A DNA stretch of 64,000 bases, from sequence record OQ790161.1; one strand, given 5' to 3'. The notes beneath the pieces are model-generated. The model searched no databases. It saw only the letters and a program-made list of their open reading frames with translations, and had not been told where the DNA came from. A program made the position numbers and the translations under genes. Positions 1 through 10,300 of the stretch are shown one piece after another; position 1 is the first letter of the stretch, and every line of letters starts with the position of its first letter.

Positions 1-3000
1 CGGAGCCCCCAGTGCCGCACCGCCGAAGCCCATCAGGCCACCGAACAGTTTGCCGTAGCCCTTCATGGCGCCACCGAACAATGCACCAGCGCCCTTGACC
101 ACCGAGATCGCAGCACCGCCGAGTGCACCCACCAGAGCCGCCAACGGCGTCTTCAGCGGCAAGCCCCAACGGTTACTGATACCCGGATCGTGGATCTCGT
201 TTTCGTGCAGCACCGTCTTGTCATCGGCAGAGGCCTTATCGCTACCTTGCGGCAGCTCCTTGATCTCGCCGTAGATGTCAGCGTAGGTGGTGACTACCTT
301 ACCTGTCTTCTTCGGACCGGCATTGTAGTAACGCCCGGTCTTCATCTTGCTGGCCAACAGACGCGGGGACGATTCGCCCTTGACGTACACGTCCACTTGC
401 TTGTTGGTGGCCCACTTGAAGGTAGCGCCAACCGCCTTGACACCCAGTGCGGCCGCCTTGAACGGCAGCGCAGCTGCATTGCCATAGAAGGACACCACAG
501 CACTGCCGAAGGTCTTGAGCGACTTGGTCGCCAGACGCACCATGCCTGCTGGGCCCTTGACGTAGATACCCTGGTCGAAGCCTTCCTGATCCAAGATGGT
601 CTCGCCCGTGGTGACATCAATCACCGGACCGGTGACATCGCCCCAACGGGTGATCTTCTTCTTGGTGTTGACATCGCGGTAGTGACCCATCTTGATCCGC
701 TCGGCGGTCATGATCGGCTTGCGCTCGCCTTGGACGTAGATGTCCTTGACGCCACGGACCATATTGCCAATCCGGTGAGCACCGCCCGAAGCGACTGCCC
801 CCACACCACGACCAGCCAGACCCGCCGCACCACCGATACCACCGAAGACCTTCTTGGTCCACCACCAGGTTGCCTTACCGGTTCCCTTGGCAGCACCCCA
901 CACGCCCTTAGCACCGCCGATAGCCAGCGAGTCCAAGAAGCCGCGACGCGGACCGCCACCACCATCACCGCCGGAGCCTTGGCTCGCCAGTACTTCAGCG
1001 ATGACCTTGAGCACTTCCAGCTGTTCAGAGTTCAGGCGCACCAATTCACTGGTGTCACCCAGCGAACCTGCTTCCTGTGGCGCAAAGGCATTGGTGGATT
1101 GCGAAGACGTACCCGCACCCAAACCGCTCTCGACATTGCGAGCTGCACGTTCGGAGTTGGAGCGCATCTTCTCCACAGCGCCGTTGAGTTCTTCACCGGT
1201 GCCAGCCACCTTCAGCACTTCTGCCACATCGGCAGCGGTAACGACGGTGTTACCGTTTTCGTCGATCACCGGACCTTGGATGTCTTGCGGACGACGCAGG
1301 ACCTTACCGGTCAGGGCGTCACGGTACTTACCCAGACGCAGGCGCAGGCCGGAGATCAGGGTCTCACCACGACGGTTCACCACGTCACGTACTTCAGTGA
1401 CGGTGGAGTTGTTGTTGACCGCATCACGCGCGGAGTTGAACGCGTTGGAAACGCTGTTGGCTGCTGCCGTGGTGGCAGAGCGCAGGTTGAAGTTGAATTC
1501 CTTACCCGAGGAGTCTTGCAGACCACCGGCCAAGGTTTCGGTATCGATCGTGGAGCCGTTGGACATGTCCTCGACCGGACCCTTGATCTCTTCCCACTTA
1601 CGCAGGATTTGACCGGTGGCCTTATCGCGGTACATGCCGCCCTTGAGCTTGAACTCCATCAGTACCGCTTTGCTGCCGCCCTTGGCGTACAGGTCCTTGG
1701 CCTTGCCGAGCTTCTCGTTAACCTTGGCCTTGGCCTCGTCGCGGAACATCTCAGCGGCCGACTTCTTCTTGACGTTGATGTCGCGGTAGTCTGCACCGGA
1801 GATCATCTCCAGTACGCGCTCCATGTTCAACACGTCATTGCCGCTCTTGTCGCGGGAGATCAGGTTCTCGTGGGTGAGCAGTTCACGCTGGCCGACCGAG
1901 CGATACACGCCCGCAGCACCAACCGGAATCTTCGCACCGATGTTGAACTCGTTGAACTCCTTCTCACGCTTACCCAACCACTGCTGGTTGGAAGCGTTAC
2001 CGCTGAACAGTGCGGTCAGTTCCATCTTGGCCGTACCCGACAGCTCGGTGGTAGCCGAACCGGGGTCAGTCAAACGCGAAGGATCAAACAGCTCACCGTT
2101 GACCGAGTCGAGCACCAGCTGGCGGAACAGCGCCTTGCGGGTAGCGTCGCTGATCGGCTTGTCGCCGACGATGTCATCAATGAAGCGTTCGATGTTCTGC
2201 TTGTCCACAGCGCGGTTGGAGGCACTGTAGACCTTACCCATCATGTCCTTGGCAGCAGAGTCGACCGAGCCGAACTCACGCTTGTCATGGTTGTACACCA
2301 TGCGCTGCGCCTTGGGATCCAACATGCGGGCAGTGTTGTTCTCGATGCGCGAGAGCAAACCGGGAATGATCTCAACCAGCGTGCGCTGGGAGAGCTTGTT
2401 CCACGATGCCGGCTTGTCCAGATTACCTACGCCATCACGACCCACGGTGGGATCGAACTTGTAGCTACCGAGCACGCTCTTGAGCAGGTCCTCACCACGA
2501 CCAGCCAATCCCGTACGGGACGTGGCCGACTTGGAGTAACGACCCAGGTACTGCGCAGGGGAGGCAAAGAAGCGTTCGAGCTGGCCGCCTTGCTTGTCCA
2601 TGCCGGGGATGGCCTTGGCCAACATCTTACCCAGCGGACCCGACAGCAGCGTAGCACCCTTACCGACGGCAGCGCCGCCGGCCATCTGTGCGATCATTTC
2701 CAGCAAGGGCAAGTCTTCGCCCATGCCGCCCATGTCCATCATGCCGATGCCGGAGTTGGCGCGACCGGCCATGTCCTTGACGCTGGACTTGAGACGATCC
2801 ATGATCTGCTTGCCGTAGTTACCAGCAAACTTACCTGCCGAATCCTGCAACGTCCCCAGCATCCGGTTACGGAAGCTTTGGGTAGCGGTGTGCCTCAGAT
2901 CTTGCTTGGCAATGTCAGGCATTGCCGTGTTGGTGACCAACGCTTCCAAGTTCGCCGTAACGCGCTTGGCCGTTTCTGCTTGCAGGCGCAGACTGTCACG

Positions 3001-3672
3001 TGCCAGGAAATAATGGCGGGTCTGCAATTCCAACGAGCGACGATGATACTTGTTGGTGATGTCGTCTTGGTAATTGACCAAGCGCATCACGCCTTGCTGG
3101 ATGATGTTCAGCTCGTGGAGCTGACTGCGCGCGTTTTGCATGGACTGTGCATGCTGAACACCGCGCTCGATTCGAGCCTCGGCATTCTGACGGGCATTGC
3201 CTTCTTCGATGGTGCCGAAGACTTCACCCATCGCCCGCTTCATCTCTGCTTCGCGCAGTTCTTCCGGACTGGCGTTACGCGGTGGTGGCTTGGCCCACTC
3301 CTCCACGCGGTCGGCAACACCCTTGGGCAGATACTTCTTGGCCTTGGGCAAATTGCGCTGCGTGATCCGACGCATGGTCGGCATGGAGGGCTCCAGCTCC
3401 TTCATGGCGATATTATGTAGCTCTTCGCCTCCGCGGTAGATCTTTTCGCCAAATTCCATGGCGTCGCCGTATCCCTTCGGGAGCGCTTTCTTCATCGCTT
3501 CCCGGAAGGTGGCCGGCGTCTTCATGGCGTCCTTGGCGCCTTGTGCAAAGCTGGTAGCAACGCGGGTAATCACACCGCGCTTCTTTTGCTGCTGTGAAGG
3601 TTTGAATGGGTCCTCGAACTCAAAATCGAGACTGCGGTCCCAATCGAGTTCCCCCAAGTCTTTCTTTGCCAT
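1..3672 (-). CDS. Giant tail protein (phiKZ gp181-like tape-measure/tail-associated protein); N-terminal >=1224 aa, continues beyond window start
   Basis: ATG at 3672 (MAKKDLGELDWDRSLDFEFEDPF...). The frame appears open to position 1, so the ORF track misses it and shows only its antisense shadow (190..3420 +). It is Gly/Lys/Ala-rich with internal D(V/I)YxxG..GxYxD..GPVxD repeats and lies divergent from the vRNAP beta' gene, matching gp181/gp180 synteny. Confidence 0.75.
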   Translation of the reverse strand, partial: MAKKDLGELDWDRSLDFEFEDPFKPSQQQKKRGVITRVATSFAQGAKDAMKTPATFREAMKKALPKGYGDAMEFGEKIYRGGEELHNIAMKELEPSMPTMRRITQRNLPKAKKYLPKGVADRVEEWAKPPPRNASPEELREAEMKRAMGEVFGTIEEGNARQNAEARIERGVQHAQSMQNARSQLHELNIIQQGVMRLVNYQDDITNKYHRRSLELQTRHYFLARDSLRLQAETAKRVTANLEALVTNTAMPDIAKQDLRHTATQSFRNRMLGTLQDSAGKFAGNYGKQIMDRLKSSVKDMAGRANSGIGMMDMGGMGEDLPLLEMIAQMAGGAAVGKGATLLSGPLGKMLAKAIPGMDKQGGQLERFFASPAQYLGRYSKSATSRTGLAGRGEDLLKSVLGSYKFDPTVGRDGVGNLDKPASWNKLSQRTLVEIIPGLLSRIENNTARMLDPKAQRMVYNHDKREFGSVDSAAKDMMGKVYSASNRAVDKQNIERFIDDIVGDKPISDATRKALFRQLVLDSVNGELFDPSRLTDPGSATTELSGTAKMELTALFSGNASNQQWLGKREKEFNEFNIGAKIPVGAAGVYRSVGQRELLTHENLISRDKSGNDVLNMERVLEMISGADYRDINVKKKSAAEMFRDEAKAKVNEKLGKAKDLYAKGGSKAVLMEFKLKGGMYRDKATGQILRKWEEIKGPVEDMSNGSTIDTETLAGGLQDSSGKEFNFNLRSATTAAANSVSNAFNSARDAVNNNSTVTEVRDVVNRRGETLISGLRLRLGKYRDALTGKVLRRPQDIQGPVIDENGNTVVTAADVAEVLKVAGTGEELNGAVEKMRSNSERAARNVESGLGAGTSSQSTNAFAPQEAGSLGDTSELVRLNSEQLEVLKVIAEVLASQGSGGDGGGGPRRGFLDSLAIGGAKGVWGAAKGTGKATWWWTKKVFGGIGGAAGLAGRGVGAVASGGAHRIGNMVRGVKDIYVQGERKPIMTAERIKMGHYRDVNTKKKITRWGDVTGPVIDVTTGETILDQEGFDQGIYVKGPAGMVRLATKSLKTFGSAVVSFYGNAAALPFKAAALGVKAVGATFKWATNKQVDVYVKGESSPRLLASKMKTGRYYNAGPKKTGKVVTTYADIYGEIKELPQGSDKASADDKTVLHENEIHDPGISNRWGLPLKTPLAALVGALGGAAISVVKGAGALFGGAMKGYGKLFGGLMGFGGAALGAP

Positions 3673-3740
3673 TGTTATCTCCGGGCCTGTACTTTAATAG
3701 TCAGGCCATAGGCCCTCATTCATAGATTAAGGATCCCCTG

Positions 3741-5204
3741 ATGTCTGCTTTGGAACTACCGTTCAATGTAGAGATCTTTCAGCCCGCCGAAGAACAGCTG
3801 CGTTTGCTCAAGCCTGTCACCAGCACAGACTACTACGAGAACTCCAAGGGCGATCTCCACGAGGAGGGCCTGTTCTCCATCAGCATCTTCGGGCGCATCG
3901 GCGATGAAGCACGAGATCGTCGTTTCTCCTACATTGACATCAAAACTGAAGTCTTCCACCCCATCCTCTACAACCGTCTTATCCGGTTGAAGAAACTCTA
4001 CGGCGGCATCCTCAACGGGGAGTCGTACGCAGTGTGGGATGAGGTGCGCAAGGACTTCTTCCCCGCCAACGAGCTGACCGGTCAGACCGGGTTTGCGTTC
4101 TTCTGCGAACACTGGCGCAAGATCGAGTTCAGCCGGAACAAGTCGGACGTGCGCGACCTGCGTGCCAAGCTGATCGAGAAGTATCGCAACCAGAGCATGT
4201 CCAGCAAGATCCTGGTGATCCCCGCTGGCCTGCGCGACATCGAGGTCGATGAGAACGGACGGACCAACGTCCATGAGATCAACGCCCTGTACCTGAAGTT
4301 GCTGGCGCGCGCAGCGGTGCTGCCGGACCACGACAACATCAAGAACGATCCCTCGCACAACCTGGCTCGCAAGTTGCTGCAAGCGTGCTTCAACGACATC
4401 TACGAATTGCTGGAAGCCATGCTCTCGGGCAAGAAGGGTTTCTTCCAAGACAAGTGGTCGGCACGTAACATCACCAACTCCACCCGAAACGTGATCACCG
4501 CCATGGACACCTCCGTGGCTACGCTGGGCGCTGTCAATGCCCCACGCTTCACCGATACGGTTGTGGGTTTGTGGCAGCTGTCCAAAGCCGTGCTGCCGGT
4601 GACCATTCACCACCTGATGAAGAACTACCTCTCGCAGGTGTTCGCCTACGGCAACCGTACGGCACGTCTGGTGGATCCGACCACGTTGGATGCAGAAGTC
4701 GTGGAAGTGTCTTCGGATGCCTACGATCGCTGGAACACCGTGGAAGGGCTGGAGAAGGTCATCACCAGCTACAAGGAACTGTCACTGCGCAACAAGCCAG
4801 TGATGATCGACGGGCGCTACTTGGCCCTCATTTATGCCCCCAAGAACCGACCAGTGTTCAAGGTCTTCCACGACATCAATGATCTGCCCGAAGGGGCTGA
4901 CCGTGCTGACGTGCGCCCCATCAACCTGATGGAGCTTCTGTACCTGTCTGGGTACAAGATCTGGAACGACCAAGTCGGTACCGTCACCCGTTACCCCATC
5001 GCAGGTGTGGGTAGCTGCTATCCAACCACGGTCTATGCCAAGACCACGGTGGTGGGTGAAGTGCGCGGTGAGCTGGATGAGAACTGGCAAGTACCGACCG
5101 AAGGGACCAGTCATCTGGCGCCCGAGTTCCCCACTTACGAGCCGCTGGCTTATCAAGACAGCCTCGTGATTCCCAGTACCCGCCTTGCGGGACTGACAGC
5201 CGAT
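3741..5204 (+). CDS. Virion RNA polymerase beta'-like subunit (phiKZ gp180-like), exon 1
   Basis: Contains GLFSISIFGR, KKGFFQDKW..R, R.PIAG motifs of beta'. The ORF ends ...RLAGLTAD, where the catalytic NADFDGD-type motif is interrupted. Exon 1 is 488 codons and ends in GAT. Confidence 0.9.
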
Positions 5205-5609
5205 AACCCGTAGCACGAACTACGGGTAAGTCCCGTACTGCTGTGAAGCAGTACGTGCATTTCCCTTAATTGCTGGGAACTCCTGTTAAACTCAATGGCT
5301 ACAACGTGGGACGAAAGTCCGAGCGTGAATGCTGAAAACATTGAGGTAGGGACAATCAGCAGCTGAACCCTTCTGTGACCCGGCTTTTTAGCACGAGGAG
5401 CGTGGGGAGAGTTCAACGACTATCCGGTGGTGCGGAGTACATTGCAATTGGGCAATGGAAATAGGGAAACATCTTCGAATCTGCGTCTGGGCAAAACGCT
5501 GCGAAGATGAAGATATAGTCTGGCCTGCATGGAGACATGCAGCAGTGGATCTGTAGTTGCGGCAGACACCACGCGCTTGAGGGAATACGACCACAAGCGG
5601 AACAAAGCG
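5205..5609 (+). ncRNA. Group I self-splicing intron (IA2-like), ORF-less, 405 nt
   Basis: The 5' exon ends in U, which can pair with G5230 in P1, and the intron ends in G5609. Core elements: P AATTGCTGGGAA (5268), Q AATCAGCAG (5354), R GTTCAACGACTA (5411), S AAGATATAGTCT (5510). Pairings: P3 TTTCCCT/AGGGAAA, P7 GACTA/TAGTC, P8 ATCTTCG/CGAAGAT; P2 and P9 carry GNRA loops. Removal restores TAD-FDGD in frame. Confidence 0.92.
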
Positions 5610-5786
5610 TTCGACGGCGATACCGCCAGCTTCATCGCATACTACACCGATGCCAAGTTCGACATCGTGGATTATCTCAACACCAAGCAAGCCTTCGTGG
5701 ATCCAGTGGGTGGCATCCGGACCAGTGCAGCGGTTGATACCGTTGTGTTGTTCCTGCGCAGCTTCACGGGCAACCCCGAGGATTGA
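5610..5786 (+). CDS. Virion RNA polymerase beta'-like subunit, exon 2 (FDGDTASF...; 58 aa)
   Basis: Starts TTC GAC GGC GAT right after the intron-terminal G. The spliced product is 546 aa with an intact ADFDGD metal-binding motif. Confidence 0.88.
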   Translation, partial: FDGDTASFIAYYTDAKFDIVDYLNTKQAFVDPVGGIRTSAAVDTVVLFLRSFTGNPED

Positions 5787-5802
5787 TCTCAAGGACCTGG
5801 AC

Positions 5803-7104
5803 ATGCAAGACAAAATCGAACAGGAACTCGAGTCGACCTTGGCGTCGCTCGAGGCACTGGAGGACTATACCGAGGAACTGGTCAATGACCAGGTGAGCTT
5901 GGAGTCCTTCGGTGAGAAGGTGGACTACTTGCAAGTGCGCAGGTTGCAAGAACTCGAGCTCAGCTTGGGAATGGAAGCGTTGGACATGAACGATGTCCGC
6001 GACGTCTTTGCTGCTGCCGGTCGTGCTTCCATTGCCACCGGCCGTGGCTTCATGAAGATGGTAGACACCGTTCACCGCTGGGTGGATCAAACCCATCTGG
6101 TGCGGTTGCAGCAAACCCGTGCCAAGATCAAGGCGCTGCCGGAAGCTGATGCCAAGATCAACAAGGGTCGGATGGAGCGTAACAAGCTCGCTGTGGCCCT
6201 GTCGGTGGGTGGTGAGTTCCCGACCAACTTCGATGCCTACGCTGAAGGGTTGGTGGACTTCTCCCGTCGCACCGGTAACACGGTCCTGCCAGATCTGGCC
6301 TCGCTCAGTCGCGCCATCGGTGCACGTCTGGAAGCCAAGCGTTGGATGGGCAACGATGCCTTCAACGCCGAAGTGCTGGAGATTACCAAGATCATCGGCC
6401 AGTACAAGCTGCCCATGCAGCGTTACCCCGACACCGACTACCGTCGTCTGTTCCCCGGCAACCGCTCGATCTTCTCCACGATCAAGCCGCGTCGTCCCCG
6501 TCGTGAACCCAAGGAACAAAGCGGTGCTGTGCGCAAGGTCATCGATGGTCTGACCAGTACCACCGTGGGCGTCATTAAGCGTTCGGACTACACCCGTGGT
6601 AAAGCCGATTCGATTCTGCCCATCCTCAACGGTGAGCAGATGTTGGACATGCTCAACGCTGCTGAACAACTGCTGCGCGAAGCGGTGCGCATTGGCCAGC
6701 TGGCCAAGGGCTATTCCAAGGATCGACTGCCCTCCACCTTCTCGATGATGATCTCCGGCTTCTATCATGGCGTCAAGCGCCAGTTCGATGATGTCTGGAC
6801 CGCGCAAGACGATGGCTTTGATGTCATCGAAACCCGCGGTGGTCAATCCCAGCGGCACAAGCCCGGCAAGCGCAACCCCTTGGGTGGCGCCACCGGCGGC
6901 CTGGTGCGTGGGGGTATCGGGATGGAGAAGGATCAACGGGATGAAGACGAACAGCGCTCGCAAATGGCGGTGTGGGTCACCCGTTACCTGAAGCTGTCCT
7001 TGCTGGATCACCAGCGTACGGCGCAGTCGCTGATCCTGCTGTTGCTCGGCGTTGCCAAGACGTACATGGAGTACGTCGATGAAAGTCTCGACTACTACAC
7101 CTGA
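5803..7104 (+). CDS. Putative virion head/ejection protein with acidic cleavable N-terminal propeptide
   Basis: ATG 5803, 433 aa. The acidic N-terminus has clustered SLE/ALE/SLE/GME motifs that fit the gp175-type protease consensus. It lies between the vRNAP subunit genes. Confidence 0.6.
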   Translation: MQDKIEQELESTLASLEALEDYTEELVNDQVSLESFGEKVDYLQVRRLQELELSLGMEALDMNDVRDVFAAAGRASIATGRGFMKMVDTVHRWVDQTHLVRLQQTRAKIKALPEADAKINKGRMERNKLAVALSVGGEFPTNFDAYAEGLVDFSRRTGNTVLPDLASLSRAIGARLEAKRWMGNDAFNAEVLEITKIIGQYKLPMQRYPDTDYRRLFPGNRSIFSTIKPRRPRREPKEQSGAVRKVIDGLTSTTVGVIKRSDYTRGKADSILPILNGEQMLDMLNAAEQLLREAVRIGQLAKGYSKDRLPSTFSMMISGFYHGVKRQFDDVWTAQDDGFDVIETRGGQSQRHKPGKRNPLGGATGGLVRGGIGMEKDQRDEDEQRSQMAVWVTRYLKLSLLDHQRTAQSLILLLLGVAKTYMEYVDESLDYYT

Positions 7105-7119
7105 TCCAAAGCCCTTTTG

Positions 7120-7148
7120 ACTGGACGGAGGGCTTTCCTCCGTCCAGT
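7120..7148 (+). terminator. Intergenic 12-bp hairpin
   Basis: ACTGGACGGAGG-gcttt-CCTCCGTCCAGT just after a stop codon; no U tract. Confidence 0.45.
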
Positions 7149-7338
7149 TATCCTGTCTACAAAGGCCTCCGGAATGCACAATCCACTTGCCTATTTCACC
7201 TTGATGCCGTCGACCTTCGAGCCGACCGGGCATCATCTGAACGAGAACGGTGAAGTACCGCTGCTGACCTTCAATGGTCCGGCGCTGGAATCACTGCTCG
7301 ACACTGTGCCCCCGGACTTCAACGTGAGTCTGGAGGCC

Positions 7339-10300
7339 ATGCCCTTTACACGCCTTACTTCCGCAAGTACGGCGTGCTGCGTGCAGTGCAGTTGGCTGCA
7401 CCGCTGCTCAACAAGCTTGCTGTGTTGGAGCTGCCCAAGGAAACCGTCCTGCATTACATGCCCGAGGACGAAACCGAAATCGGCCTGCCGCAAGACCATG
7501 CGATCTTGATCAACAACACCCGTGTGATCATGACCGAACACGTCACCCAGTTGGGTGATGACAAGGGCAACCCGCGGACCCTGCCGATCCCCTCGGCCCA
7601 GATGAAGCGCGAGTACCATCGGCAGAACCGTCGTACCCGTGAGATGCTGCGACCGGAAACGGTCATGCGCGATGTCAACACCATCGTGGTGGAGAACTAC
7701 GCGCTGCTCAGCCATCTGTATCGCTACCCCACCAACTACTTCCGCGCTTACTTCAAGTGGTGGAACATCCAAGCTGCCCTGTGGCAGCGTGTGGGTGAGA
7801 TCTCCCAGAACTACCCGCTGCGCAACCAATTCCTTCAGTGCCGCCTGCCCACCTTGCTGCCGACCATCGGTCAGCTGCGTCGTGGCGAAGGTGAGATGAC
7901 CCGCAACCTGCTCGGTAGCTTCGTGCAGCCGGAGTCGCTGCTGATCCTGGAGATCTGGAAGTGGCTGGGTGAGCGTCGTGAGAACTCGGTGCTGTCCAAG
8001 TGCCCGCCTGAAGCCCTGACCAAGATGAACCTGATCTTCATTGAACAGGATCGCTGGTTGATGCTGAATCTAGGTCTGCTGGACAAGTGGCGCAAGCGCA
8101 CGCTGGAAGAAGGTGGCAACGATACCCACAAGGGCATCTTGGATCCGATCATGATCCAAAAGCGTTTCCTGCGTCTGTTGATGACGTTGATGGAAGTGCG
8201 CACGGGCGGTGAGATCAACGAAGCACCGGCTGGTGAGATCGACACGGCGGTTGTCAATGTGGATGCACAAACGGCGCCGGGCTCGAAAGAGGATCCGGAC
8301 ACCAGTATGACGGTGGCTCGCTCCGAGCCGGTCAAGCTGTCGGTGCCCACCGAAGATGGTCGCACGGCCAAGATCAAACTGACGGCCAACTTGAATCTGG
8401 ATCGTCTACCCGATGAACTGATCGAGGAAACCCCGGAGAACCAGCTCGCCATCGATGAGGCCATCACCAAGGACCTCGAAGCACTCGATGCAATCATGGC
8501 CCGGTTCCAGGAAAGCCAAGTCGAAGGTGAGGAAGACTCTCCGATCGATACCTCCACCGGCGAAGTCAGCACCATGCTCAAGTACGTGCCCAACGAGCGT
8601 TCGCTCTCGGGTAGCGTGATGGCCAAGATGGACCAGCTGGCTGATGCCGGTCTGTGTTCGGGTGCCGAGTACCGTCGCATGACGGCGCTGTCTACCGCCT
8701 ACCAGCGACTGCCCAGTCCCTTCGGCGAAGGCACCTTGGAAGACATGTCCACGATCGCACACGAAGATCTGGTCCTGTCCACCGAGTCGCAGATTCCGGA
8801 CATGCTCACCGTGCCGGACAAGACGATGCTCAAGAGCTCGATCTTGGAATACGACAAGCAGTACCTGAACAAGATCTACCGCAAGGATCTGGTTCGTTCG
8901 GTGCTGGGCGTCCAGCATGCAGGTATCGCCGTGACCGGCTTCCAGATGGATGAGTACAAAGACGTGCTCAACCACTACGAGAAGTTTGCCATCCAGCTCA
9001 CCCCTGTGGTGGGTAAGGTCTCCACGGTTTACGCCAAGCTGCCCAAGATCAATGCCGACGGTACCTACGTCGACAACGGTTCGCGTTACCGCATGCGCAA
9101 GCAGCGTGGTGACGTGCCGATCCGTAAGCTCTCGCCTTCGCGTGTGGCGCTGACCTCGTACTACAACAAGGTCTTCATCTCGCGTTCGGAAAAGCAGATC
9201 AGCAACTATCCGGGTTGGCTCACCAACCAGATCGCTGCGATGGCCATGGACGAGGACAACGGCACGATCGACCACGCCATGTTGGCCGATGTGTCTGACA
9301 CCGAAATCCGCACCCCGCGTATCTACTCGATCTTGGCTTCGCGCTTCCGCTCGTTCCATCTGTACGAAGGCGACAACGCCTACGTCTACGAGTTCTTCTT
9401 GGACTACCATGCGCGCAAAGCGCAGTTCGGTGCCGAGCGCGTGGAGGCGATCGAGAAGGACGGTCTGTTGGTCATCGGTAAGGCACAGGCCTCCGGTAAC
9501 CTGCTGGTGGTGGACAACACCAACACGATCTACGAAGCACAGGGTCTGGAACTGAAGACCTTGGGCTCGATCGAAACGATGATCGGTACGCTCTCCGGCA
9601 AGCCGCCGGCAGAGACGGCAGAGATTCGCATCTTCGGCAAGCAAGTGCCGGTGGGCCTGTTCTTGGCTTACCACTTGGGTATCACCAAGTTGTTCGAACT
9701 GCTGGGCGTGACGCCGCGTAAGGTACCCACCGGTACCCGTGCGTACATGAACGGGGACGAGCTGGCCATTCGCTTCGAAGATGAGATGTGGATCTTCCCG
9801 CAAGACCAAGGCATGCGTACGCTGATCCTGGCCGGTCTGGCCAGCTACGACAAGATCACCCGCAACTACTCCTCGCATCTGTTTGATCGCAAGGACATCT
9901 ATCTGCCGGTGCTGGAGCAATCCCGCGTTGGCGTGCGCTACTTGCGCGAGATGGATCTGCTGGTGGAACTGTTCGTGGATCCGATCACTGAGGACATCCT
10001 CAAGGAAATGGGTGAGCCTACGGACTTCATCAGTCTGGTACTGCGGGCCTGTCAGTTGCTGGAGACCGATTGGTCGCCGGCTGAGACCGACATGGCTTAC
10101 ATGCGCATCAAGGGTTACGAACGCTTTGCCGGTGCGCTCTATGCGGAACTGGTCAAGGCCATTCGTCAGCAGCGCGCTCGTGGTTCGATTGCCAATGCCA
10201 AGATCGACATGCATCCCGATGCGGTATGGATCGGTGTGTCTCTGGATCCGGTCAAGAAGGCAGTGGAAGAATCCAACCCCGTGCACAACGCACGTGAGCG

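Noticed and set aside
190-3420. 1076-aa plus-strand ORF
   Set aside because: It is the exact antisense frame of the minus-strand tail protein; high GC3 codon bias removes stops from the mirror frame.
5205-5609. Homing endonuclease or maturase inside the intron
   Set aside because: The 405 nt are taken up by ribozyme helices; no LAGLIDADG, GIY-YIG or HNH ORF is present.
5529-5786. Standalone 85-aa protein carrying FDGD
   Set aside because: Its first 27 codons lie in the intron P9 region; it is better explained as exon 2 of vRNAP beta'.
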